Origin: Candidatus Peribacteria bacterium RIFCSPHIGHO2_02_FULL_51_15
Lineage (GTDB): Bacteria > Patescibacteriota > Gracilibacteria > Peribacterales > Peribacteraceae
Assembly: GCA_001788965.1 (NCBI GenBank)
Contig: MFXU01000014.1
Span: 1-42,003 of the forward strand
Length of the DNA stretch: 42,003 bases
Direction: 5' to 3'
Below the pieces are notes generated by a model. That model was not told the DNA's origin, did no database searches, and saw nothing but the letters and a program-made list of their open reading frames with translations. How positions within the stretch are numbered: the first letter of the stretch is position 1; each line of letters starts with the position of its first letter. Positions 17,355-25,607 of this stretch are shown here, piece by piece. The position numbers and the translations under genes were made by a program.

Positions 17355-17373
17355 AATGAAAAAAGGAGGCCCG

Positions 17374-17494
17374 ATTGCTAAATTGTTAAATTGCCAAATT
17401 GTTTAACAGGAAACAACGCATGTTTCACTTGCCTGCCCACCGAAGCCTTGGCGAAGGTGGGCGAACAATTTAACAATTTAGCAATATAACAATT
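17374..17494. repeat. Octamer-armed inverted element, copy C, with nested REP-like hairpin
   Basis: Octamer arms; core CACTTGC...GCGAACAATT split by CCTGCCCACCGAAGCCTTGGCGAAGGTGGG (17432-17461). Confidence 0.8.
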
Positions 17495-17526
17495 CTTCTG
17501 GTCTTTGGTTAAAGACGAAAAATTTA

Positions 17527-18054
17527 TCAGTTGCATAAAGAGAAGGAGGGAACTTCCTGCATCGATGTGATAAGCGTTTTGGGAAGTATCTGGTCGATGG
17601 CTGTTTCCAGACGACGGGTTACGTCGCCCGAAATGCCAATGGTGCATAGATACCTGTCATTGTTTCCAGTGCCGCTTATCAAAAGGATGCCGCACCGTCC
17701 CTTAGGCGAATCCAGCGTGACGTTTCCCGGGTAATTCGGCGACTCTCTAAGCCTGAGCAACGCATATTCGGTGCAAGCCTGAGCTTCTGCCATGGCCTGC
17801 TTGGATTGCTGCACCGAAAGCGAGACCTGATTGGCCGATATGCCGAGCAGCAGCAGTGTGGAGAGGACCGCCGAAGCAATGGCTCCGATGACGACGATCG
17901 AGATCAGGAGGATATAGCCGGGCGAAGACAATTGACCCGCCTTCGCCCCGGCAAGCCAGGGGCTATGGCAGGGCAGGCAATTGACAATTGACAATTGACA
18001 ATTTTTTGAATTTTCCCTGGGTGGAGGCCTTCTGAAAATTATCAATTTATTCAT
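17527..18054 (-). CDS. Minor pilin, PilX-like N-terminus
   Basis: PG|YILLISIVVIGAIA hydrophobic helix then QAMAEAQAC.EYAL, within the pilus operon. Leader expanded by repeats. Confidence 0.8.
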   Translation of the reverse strand: MNKLIIFRRPPPRENSKNCQLSIVNCLPCHSPWLAGAKAGQLSSPGYILLISIVVIGAIASAVLSTLLLLGISANQVSLSVQQSKQAMAEAQACTEYALLRLRESPNYPGNVTLDSPKGRCGILLISGTGNNDRYLCTIGISGDVTRRLETAIDQILPKTLITSMQEVPSFSLCN

Positions 18055-18057
18055 TGA

Positions 18058-19608
18058 TTAGGGTCCGGGAGCGAAGACCATGAATGACGACGGGGTGACC
18101 AAAAAAAGCCGGTCTTTTTGCCAGTCATAGAAAATCCCGTTTACGGCCGCTTCCGCATCAAAAGTTTTTAGTATGGCGGCTCCGTTTTGTTCCAGTTTTA
18201 TCCGGTCGATGACCCTTAGCTGCGCCCCGTCCGCATTGCCGGCCGCAAAATCATACCGGCCGAAAGTCCGGTCCAGGCTGCGGATGTCGCCGTTCATTTC
18301 CAGTGTCCACGGTCCCGGCGGAAAGGCGGGAACAGGCGAATTTTCCGTGGAATACATTGTCAGTTCGTCTATCCCCGTTCCGTCGAACCGGCCGACTATG
18401 GCCGCCGTGCCGGAGATGGCCACCGAAGCGGCATCCTGAACATCCGTCATATCAGCTCCTACTCCGTTTGCAAATTTCAGGCGCACGGGATCGGCTACAG
18501 AGATCACCATCAGCTCGGCGGAATTATTGGACGAGGCGATGTACGCATAATTTCCGCTCAAGGTTATATCCAGCACGCTGCCGGTCACATGCAGTGAATC
18601 CAAGAGGCTCAAACCGCCTGTTTCGCTCATCCGGAGCGCATAAAATTGGTCATTCGGAGGCTCATCCAGCGTGCCGACGAAGACGTTGTTCCCGTAAACG
18701 GCGACCGATCTGGCCTTTCCGATTCCGGGGAGGTCGAAGCTCATAACCAGATTTGCGGAGCTGAGATTTTCCGGAGAAGAAACGTCGTAAACCTGTATCT
18801 CTTTCGCGATGTCATCGGTTGCAACGTAGAGCTTTCCGTCTTCGACGACCGATTCAAACCCGGATGCGTACAGGGTAAATGACACGGCGACCTGAAGCGG
18901 TGACGCCGGATTAGTAACGTCGTAAACATAAAGGCCTTTACCGCCGGATGCGGCGCTGCCGGTCAGATATGCGAAGTTTCCGCCGACTGAGATTTTTTGA
19001 AGATCCGGTGATCCGGCGACGGTGATATTTGCGATTCGGGACATATCAGCCCAGTCGCCCAAAGGCGATGTCTTACGCCAGTCGGTCAGATAAGTTGTCA
19101 AAGCCGAAGTGCCGCTTCTGGACTCGCCGAAGCGCCAACTGACGACGGATGTCACTTCCAGCCAATCAGGCGCAAGCGAGACGATTTCCACTTTGGTTTC
19201 GTAACCGTTTTCGTAACCGGAAGTTCCGGAAATAACCCAGCCGGTTGAAGTTTTTTGCAGGCCGTGAGTGCCGACGGGTATGAAATCAAAATTCTGATTT
19301 CTGATTCCCCTGACCGCTTCCAGCTGTTGTTCCGCGAGGAATGCCGCCCGGATGCGGTCGCCACCTTTCAGCGTGGATCCTTCGCCGAGCACCAGTGAAA
19401 AACCGATCCCGGCGAGAAAAATGGTGAATACCCCGATGGCCAGGACGGCCTCGAGGAGCAGGCTGCCTTCCCTCCCCCCGGCCTTGCTCCGCCACTGGCG
19501 GTTGCGACCGCCGTGGCTTCGCTCGTCCACCCCTCTCCCGCGGGGAGAGGGGTTGAAGGCGAGAGAATTTTCCCCCCCGGCCGGGCAATTGCGGATAGCA
19601 GGACGCAT
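18058..19608 (-). CDS. Pilin-N-terminal protein with C-terminal LVIVD-like beta-propeller repeats (putative adhesin)
   Basis: EG|SLLLEAVLAIGVF...AEQQLEAVR; repeated V.GNFAYL/LYVYDVTNP/IQVYDVSSP/LSGNYAYIA/LMVISVADP units. Confidence 0.8.
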   Translation of the reverse strand: MRPAIRNCPAGGENSLAFNPSPRGRGVDERSHGGRNRQWRSKAGGREGSLLLEAVLAIGVFTIFLAGIGFSLVLGEGSTLKGGDRIRAAFLAEQQLEAVRGIRNQNFDFIPVGTHGLQKTSTGWVISGTSGYENGYETKVEIVSLAPDWLEVTSVVSWRFGESRSGTSALTTYLTDWRKTSPLGDWADMSRIANITVAGSPDLQKISVGGNFAYLTGSAASGGKGLYVYDVTNPASPLQVAVSFTLYASGFESVVEDGKLYVATDDIAKEIQVYDVSSPENLSSANLVMSFDLPGIGKARSVAVYGNNVFVGTLDEPPNDQFYALRMSETGGLSLLDSLHVTGSVLDITLSGNYAYIASSNNSAELMVISVADPVRLKFANGVGADMTDVQDAASVAISGTAAIVGRFDGTGIDELTMYSTENSPVPAFPPGPWTLEMNGDIRSLDRTFGRYDFAAGNADGAQLRVIDRIKLEQNGAAILKTFDAEAAVNGIFYDWQKDRLFLVTPSSFMVFAPGP

Positions 19609-19615
19609 ATATTAT

Positions 19616-20881
19616 TTATCTTCCCACCGATCCGACGATGGAATAAATAGGCACGATGATGGCGAAAGCTATGGTTCCGACTATGCCTCCGATGAAAATC
19701 AAAAGCATCGGTTCCAAAACCACCGGCAGGCGCTGGGCGGATTCTTCGGCTTTTTTTTCATAAATCTCGGCGATGCGGAGCAGCATTTCCGCCATCTTCC
19801 CGGATTTTTCACCGGTCACGATGAGCTGCTGCACCGAAACCGGAATCAGTTTTTTTGTTTCCTTCAAATTTGCGAAAGACAGCGCGAATGACTGCCCGAC
19901 CTCTATGGAGTCCGCCAGACGGTAATAAAACCGGCGGTAGTATACCGTGTCGGTGACGTCGGCCATCGAACGGATCGATTCGACCAGCGGCACGCCGGCG
20001 CGGATCAGGCTGCCGAGTATCACCCCGAAGCGGGCGATGGTCGCGGCGCGCGCCATGGTCCCGACGCCCGGAATATGAAAAATAAACTGCTGGACCGGCC
20101 CCTTTAGCGGCGTGTATTTGCACACGGCGAAAATCATGCACATGGCGCCGAAGAATGACGGAACGGCGACTCCGCCATGAAGCTTGAAAAAATTGGCGAT
20201 GACGATGATCACACGGGTTACCAGCGGAAGCTTCGCATTAAGCGAGATCAGAACCGACACCAGCTGCGGCAACACGAACCAGGCGAGACCCAGAGTGATG
20301 ATCGCCGTGAGTACCAGGACGATCGACGGATAAATCATCGCCATCCGCACTTTTGATCTGAGCGACCGGTCTTTTTCCTGCTGGACCGACAGGTACTCCA
20401 TGTTTTTACTGAGCGAGCCGGCCTCTTCGCCGATGCGGATCATCGCCAGGGCATAGGGCGAAAAGAAGCTGCGGTTGTCCATCGCCCGCCAGAGAGCGAT
20501 GCCGCTTTCGACTTCCTGGATTATCTGCGCCACGACTTTTTTCATCGGTTTGGATTTCAGTTCGGCGTGCAGGGCTCTGAGGGCGTCGATGACCGAAATT
20601 CCCGAGTTCAGAAGTATCGCCAGATTCTCGATGAAATTCGCCCGCTCCCGGCCGAGGCCGATGGATCCCAGGGTATCCAGGATTTTTTTTAAGCCGCTTT
20701 TTTTCGATGTATTCAGTTTGGCCGTCATATCTTTTTTTTCTTCATTTTTTTCCGGACTGGTTTCGGGCTTGGCTAAAATATCGGAACCAGACTTTGTTTC
20801 CTCTTTCTTTTCATCGGGGCGGTTCGATTCTTTCACCCCTCCTGTTTCACTTGCCTTTGGATGGCCGTTTTTTCCTGACAT
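19616..20881 (-). CDS. pilC: Type IV pilus platform protein PilC/GspF
   Basis: LAILLNSG, MIRIGEEAGSL, AMIYP, GEKSGKM and LEPMLLIFIGGIVG (two T2SSF domains). Confidence 0.95.
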   Translation of the reverse strand: MSGKNGHPKASETGGVKESNRPDEKKEETKSGSDILAKPETSPEKNEEKKDMTAKLNTSKKSGLKKILDTLGSIGLGRERANFIENLAILLNSGISVIDALRALHAELKSKPMKKVVAQIIQEVESGIALWRAMDNRSFFSPYALAMIRIGEEAGSLSKNMEYLSVQQEKDRSLRSKVRMAMIYPSIVLVLTAIITLGLAWFVLPQLVSVLISLNAKLPLVTRVIIVIANFFKLHGGVAVPSFFGAMCMIFAVCKYTPLKGPVQQFIFHIPGVGTMARAATIARFGVILGSLIRAGVPLVESIRSMADVTDTVYYRRFYYRLADSIEVGQSFALSFANLKETKKLIPVSVQQLIVTGEKSGKMAEMLLRIAEIYEKKAEESAQRLPVVLEPMLLIFIGGIVGTIAFAIIVPIYSIVGSVGR

Positions 20882-22646
20882 TTTTTGGGAAGAAAATGGA
20901 TTCCGGAGGAGCGGCGACCCGCATAAGTTCTTCGATAGTCGTGAGCCCGGCTTTTACTTTATCCAGCCCGTCCTCGAAGAGGAACATCATGCCGTTTTCC
21001 CGGGCTTTGAGCAGAATGTCAGTGGATGATGCTCTGGCGATGATCAATTCCTCTATGGGCTTGTTTACCTCCAGCAGTTCGTAGATTCCTACCCGGCCGC
21101 GGTAGCCCGTGTTGCCGCAGGCATCACAGCCTTTTCCGCGATAAAGATGCACCGGTTCATCGGATGGGAAATAATGCTCGGCGCCCTTGAAAAGCGTGCG
21201 CGCCTCCGCCGCGGTGATGGCGAAACTGAACCGGCATTTCGGACAGATGCGCCGGGTGAGCCGCTGCGCGACGATCACTTCCAGAGTGGAAGCGAGCAAA
21301 AAAGGCTCGACGCCCATGTCGATCAGCCGCGGGATGGCGGTGGCCGAGTCGTTCGCATGCAGAGTGGAAAAGAGCAGGTGGCCGGTGAGAGCGGCGTTCA
21401 CCGCGATGGTTGCGGTTTCGGTGTCGCGGATTTCCCCGACGAGAATGATGTCCGGGTCCTGCCGGACCAGCGCGCGGAGCCCCTTGGCGAAGGTCAGTCC
21501 GGTCTGGGTGTTTACCTGGATGTGGTTTATTCCCGGTATTTTGTATTCCACCGGATCTTCGATGGTCGACACATTCACGTCCGGACGGTTGCGCATTTTG
21601 ATCAGACCGTAGAGCGTCGTGGATTTACCGGCTCCCGTCGGTCCGGTCGATATGATCATGCCGAACGGTTTGTGGGCGGCCTTTTCCAGTATTTCGCGGT
21701 AGTGGTCGGAAAATCCCAGATCGGCCAGAGTCAGGTTGCGGACGTATTCGGACAAAAGACGCATCACGACCTTTTCTCCGTCGATAATCGGTATTATTGA
21801 AACGCGGACATCCATCGTTCCGCTTCTGGACTTATAGCGGATGGCTCCGTCCTGCGCGGCGAAATGTTCGTCGATTCTGAGGTTGGATTCGATCTTTATC
21901 CGGTTGACGATCCCCTCGTAGAACGGTTTCGGCAATCTGCCGGCCTCATGCATGACGCCGTCGACCCGGAACCTGACGATCACGTCTTTTTCCTGCGGCT
22001 CGAAGTGGATGTCCGAAGCCTTCAGTCCCATGGCGTCCTCGAAAATTTCCTCGAGAATTTCCGGAGCGACCTGTTTTTGGTTTTCGATGATGGCCTGGAA
22101 ACGGGTGGCCAGCGGCTTGTGATACAGCGAGAATGCCCCGCCGACGGAAGATTTCGGGGCGTAAACCAGTTTTAATTTTCCGGCGAACTTTTTACCTTCG
22201 GTTTTTATGGCCTTGCCCCAGAATCCGCGACGGGATTTTTCCGCTTCTTTCGCCGCTGAGCCGGTGAGCACCATTAGATTTTGGCCGACATTTGCGCGGA
22301 TGGCCTCTTCCAGGCCTTCCTGGGACGGGTCCGAGGTGGCGACAGTGATTTCTTTTTCGTCGTATGCGACGGCCACCGATGAGAAGCTTCTGGCGAAATC
22401 TTCGGGCAGCACGGCCACGATTTCCCTGGATGGAGGTTTGCCTATCAGATCGTAAAATGGCAGCTTGAAAAATTCGGAAAGCGCGTTTTCCAGCAGGTCG
22501 GAGGTCAGAAGCCGCCGTTCAAAAAGGATGGTCCGGATATCCACCAGGCGTTCTTCGGCTTCGAGCAAAACGTCCTTCAGTTCCGCTTCGGAAAGATAGC
22601 TCTGCTGGACCAGTATTTTGCCGAGTTCGGCGTTGTTGAGTTGCAT
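20847..22646 (-). CDS. pilB: Type IV pilus assembly ATPase PilB/GspE
   Basis: ASDIHFEP, GPTGAGKST, TIEDPVEY, RQDPDIILVGEIRD, TGHLLFSTLHAN and a Zn-binding Cys motif. Confidence 0.96.
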   Translation of the reverse strand: MQLNNAELGKILVQQSYLSEAELKDVLLEAEERLVDIRTILFERRLLTSDLLENALSEFFKLPFYDLIGKPPSREIVAVLPEDFARSFSSVAVAYDEKEITVATSDPSQEGLEEAIRANVGQNLMVLTGSAAKEAEKSRRGFWGKAIKTEGKKFAGKLKLVYAPKSSVGGAFSLYHKPLATRFQAIIENQKQVAPEILEEIFEDAMGLKASDIHFEPQEKDVIVRFRVDGVMHEAGRLPKPFYEGIVNRIKIESNLRIDEHFAAQDGAIRYKSRSGTMDVRVSIIPIIDGEKVVMRLLSEYVRNLTLADLGFSDHYREILEKAAHKPFGMIISTGPTGAGKSTTLYGLIKMRNRPDVNVSTIEDPVEYKIPGINHIQVNTQTGLTFAKGLRALVRQDPDIILVGEIRDTETATIAVNAALTGHLLFSTLHANDSATAIPRLIDMGVEPFLLASTLEVIVAQRLTRRICPKCRFSFAITAAEARTLFKGAEHYFPSDEPVHLYRGKGCDACGNTGYRGRVGIYELLEVNKPIEELIIARASSTDILLKARENGMMFLFEDGLDKVKAGLTTIEELMRVAAPPESIFFPKNVRKKRPSKGK

Positions 22647-22649
22647 GTT

Positions 22650-23084
22650 TTAAACAGCCGCTTTTACGCGGACAAGGATTTCGGCGATCGGGGTGTTTGA
22701 TTTCACGAAATAATCGATGGCGCCGAGTGATTTGGCCTTCGCCCGGTCTTCGTCCTGGCCCAGATTGCTCAGGACGATCACCGGAACTTTGATTTTTTCC
22801 TTTTTCATTTCCTCCAGTACCGCGAAGCCGTCCATAACCGGCATGATCAGATCCAGAAGCACGAGGGCAAAGTTCTTTTTTTTGAGTTCGGCCAGAGCGT
22901 CGCTCCCGTTCGTCGCGACTTGTGTCTCGTAACCCTGTCCCTTGAGCTTCATTTCCAACGCATGGGCCAGCGGCCTTTCGTCCTCGACGATCAGTATGAG
23001 TTTGCCGTTCGATTTCGGCTTACCCGCGATGTCCGGTTTTTCCTGAGACTCCGGGGCTGAAACCTTGGTTTGTTTTTGAGCCAT
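22650..23084 (-). CDS. Single-domain response regulator (CheY-like receiver)
   Basis: ILIVEDE, LLDLIMPVMDG, VIVLSN, GAIDYFVK. Start at ATG 23084 because the longer ORF runs into a MITE. Confidence 0.93.
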   Translation of the reverse strand: MAQKQTKVSAPESQEKPDIAGKPKSNGKLILIVEDERPLAHALEMKLKGQGYETQVATNGSDALAELKKKNFALVLLDLIMPVMDGFAVLEEMKKEKIKVPVIVLSNLGQDEDRAKAKSLGAIDYFVKSNTPIAEILVRVKAAV

Positions 23085-23135
23085 AAATTCAAGATATTGT
23101 AGCAGAATTATGGAATTTTTACCAGTGACATGCAG

Positions 23136-23339
23136 GAAAGTGCTCACTGACCTTGCGGCCATTCGCCCTCACTCCGGCGCTGCGACGCCACCTCTCTCCC
23201 GATGGGGGAGAGAGGAATCCGTATCACACTTCATTCGGAGGTGAAGCGAAGCTCCCCTCTCCCGAGCCGCAGCGGGAGAGGGGCCGGGGATGAGGCGACA
23301 AGTTTAGCGACACCTCCTACAAGGTCAGTGAGCAGTTAC
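23136..23339. mobile_element. MITE-like element family B, copy 2 (inverted relative to copies 1 and 3)
   Basis: Interior is the reverse complement of 27018-27219. Right TIR intact, left reads GAAAGTGCTCACTGAC. Flanked by ACATGCAG at 23128-23135 and 23340-23347. Confidence 0.88.
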
Positions 23340-23411
23340 ACATGCAGGAAAGTAAGGGAGGTAAGGAAAGGCTTCAATAAACTTCTCCCAACTGATAAAC
23401 TCCCAATGCCA

Positions 23412-25019
23412 ATGCCCCGCTCTTCGTCTTCACCGCATCGACGTGCCCTGATATCGGTATTCGACAAAACCGGCATCGTCGATTTTGCGGCCTCGCTTCA
23501 GGCGGCGGGATTCCAGATCATATCTACCGGAGGAACGCAGCGAGCCCTGGAGGAAGCCGGAATCACGGTATTGAACGTCGAAAAATTAACCCAATTTCCG
23601 GAATGTTTCGGCGGGCGGCTGAAAACCATCCATCCGCTCGTAGCCGGCGGGATTTTGTACAAACGGGATGAAGAGGAGCAGGTCGCGGAGGCAAAAGAGC
23701 TGGGCATCGAGCCCGTAGACGTAGTGGTTGTAAATCTGTATCCCTTTGCCGAAACAGTCGAAAAATCCGGCTTTAAGCCGGCTCCTGGCGCCGCATTGCC
23801 CGAGGAAGTCATCGAGCAGATAGACATCGGCGGACCGATGCTTCTCCGGAGCGCGGCAAAAAATCACCACACCGTCACCGTCATCTGCGATCCGTCGGAC
23901 TACGCCGAAGTTGCCTCTCAAATAAAAGAAAAAGGAGACACTGCCGTCGAATTTCGCAGGGAACTGGCGGCGAAAGTTTTCGCTCACACGTCAGCGTACG
24001 ATTCTTTGATAGGGGAATATCTTTCGGGCGGGAAAACTGCGGGCGTTATGCTGGATAACCGCCGGACATTGAGGTACGGGGAAAATCCCCATCAGACGGG
24101 AGTTTTCTTCGATGTAATGGCACATGTAACGTTGAATCAAGAATCAAGTAATAAGCCAAAAGCCAAAAGCCAAAAGCCAAAAGCCTCTCAGTGGAAGCAA
24201 TTACAAGGCAAAGATCTGAGCTATCTGAATATTCTCGATGCCGATGCCGCCTGGCGGATGGCGATGGATTTTTCGCCGCCCACTGCGGTTTTTGTGAAGC
24301 ATGCCAATCCCTGCGGCATCGCTTCGCATGAAAAAATAGAAGAAGCGTTCCAGCGCGGTTATGACACGGACAGGCTTTCGGCTTTCGGAGTCATCATTGC
24401 CATTAACAGAAATTGTTCTGCTGAAATCGCGAAAAAAATCATCGACCAGAAAATATTCACCGAGGTCATCCTCGCGCCTTCGTTTGAACCCGGCGCCCTG
24501 GAGCTTCTCAGGCAAAAGCCGAACATCCGGGTACTGTACATGGACGGTACGGTTTTTTCCGGCGAGCCGGTTTACCGGTCGGCTTTCGGCGGCATGCTGG
24601 TTCAGGACGAAGATACGAAACAAGTGACGGCCGGGGATTTGGTTTGCGTAACCGAAAAAAAACCGACCCCGAAACAGACAGATGATCTTTTGTTTGCCTG
24701 GAAAGTGGTGAAACATGCCAAGTCGAATGCGATTGTTTTGGCCAAAGATCAGGTGAGCATCGGTATCGGCTGCGGACAGACCAGCCGGGTGGATTCGACG
24801 CACATCGCTCTCAGGCGGGCGGGTGACAGAGTCAAAGGAAGCGCTCTCGCGAGCGACGCATTTTTCCCGTTCCCGGATTCAATCGAGGAAGCGGCCAAGC
24901 ACAGCATCAGCGCCGTGATCCATCCGGGAGGATCGATACGCGACAAAGAGGTTTTCGCGAGAGCCGATGAGCTGGGGCTGGTGATGGTCGTAACTGGTAT
25001 ACGTGGATTCCGACATTAA
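23412..25019 (+). CDS. purH: Bifunctional AICAR transformylase/IMP cyclohydrolase PurH
   Basis: RALISVFDKTG, ISTGGT, GGRLKTIHP, IDIGGP, LRYGENPHQ, KHANPCG, ASDAFFPFPD, GIRGFRH. Start ATG 23406 or 23412; the upstream ORF extension is MITE-derived. Confidence 0.98.
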   Translation: MPRSSSSPHRRALISVFDKTGIVDFAASLQAAGFQIISTGGTQRALEEAGITVLNVEKLTQFPECFGGRLKTIHPLVAGGILYKRDEEEQVAEAKELGIEPVDVVVVNLYPFAETVEKSGFKPAPGAALPEEVIEQIDIGGPMLLRSAAKNHHTVTVICDPSDYAEVASQIKEKGDTAVEFRRELAAKVFAHTSAYDSLIGEYLSGGKTAGVMLDNRRTLRYGENPHQTGVFFDVMAHVTLNQESSNKPKAKSQKPKASQWKQLQGKDLSYLNILDADAAWRMAMDFSPPTAVFVKHANPCGIASHEKIEEAFQRGYDTDRLSAFGVIIAINRNCSAEIAKKIIDQKIFTEVILAPSFEPGALELLRQKPNIRVLYMDGTVFSGEPVYRSAFGGMLVQDEDTKQVTAGDLVCVTEKKPTPKQTDDLLFAWKVVKHAKSNAIVLAKDQVSIGIGCGQTSRVDSTHIALRRAGDRVKGSALASDAFFPFPDSIEEAAKHSISAVIHPGGSIRDKEVFARADELGLVMVVTGIRGFRH

Positions 25020-25055
25020 AACTTGAATGCATAATGATCACGCTAGAATGATCGT

Positions 25056-25571
25056 ATGTTTCCGTCCATTTCATGCAGGGGGGAGAAAGTGTATTTGCGT
25101 CAGGCAAGGGAAGCGGATGTTCCGACTCTTGCGCAGTGGGTTGGTGACATGGAAATCATGAAGCATGTCACCATGCGCACATTCACGCTGGAGGAAGAAT
25201 ACATGTGGTTTCGTGAGATGAAGGACAATGCGGATGAGCGTGTGTTCTTCATTTGTCTTTCGGGAAACGACGAACTGATCGGTTCGTGTGGGATTCACGA
25301 TGCGCGGAATCCGACGGCCGTTGGCATCGGTCTCTTCATCGGTGACAGGACACAGTGGGGGATGGGGTACGGTACGGAGGCCGTGCAGCTGCTCCTGGAT
25401 CATATCCGGAAGGAATGCTGCGTTTCCCGCGTATGGCTCAGGGTTGATACGGTGAATCGGCCGGCGATACGGTGCTATGAAAAATGTGGGTTCAAGATCT
25501 ACGAACGACATAAAAACCCCGAGCGGATTTTCAGCAATGGCGAGGAGTATTTCATGGAACGTTTTTTCTGA
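25056..25571 (+). CDS. GNAT family N-acetyltransferase (RimJ/RimL-like)
   Basis: IGLFIGDRTQWGMGYGTEA and N.PAIRCYEKCGF motifs. Confidence 0.9.
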   Translation: MFPSISCRGEKVYLRQAREADVPTLAQWVGDMEIMKHVTMRTFTLEEEYMWFREMKDNADERVFFICLSGNDELIGSCGIHDARNPTAVGIGLFIGDRTQWGMGYGTEAVQLLLDHIRKECCVSRVWLRVDTVNRPAIRCYEKCGFKIYERHKNPERIFSNGEEYFMERFF

Positions 25572-25607
25572 AGTGGTTTATTTTCCCATGATACACTGCG
25601 CTCTCTC

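Noticed and set aside
23202..23405. N-terminal extension of PurH, and ORFs 15075-15338 and 26920-27153 with similar peptides
   Set aside because: Translations of MITE B sequence, not protein homology.
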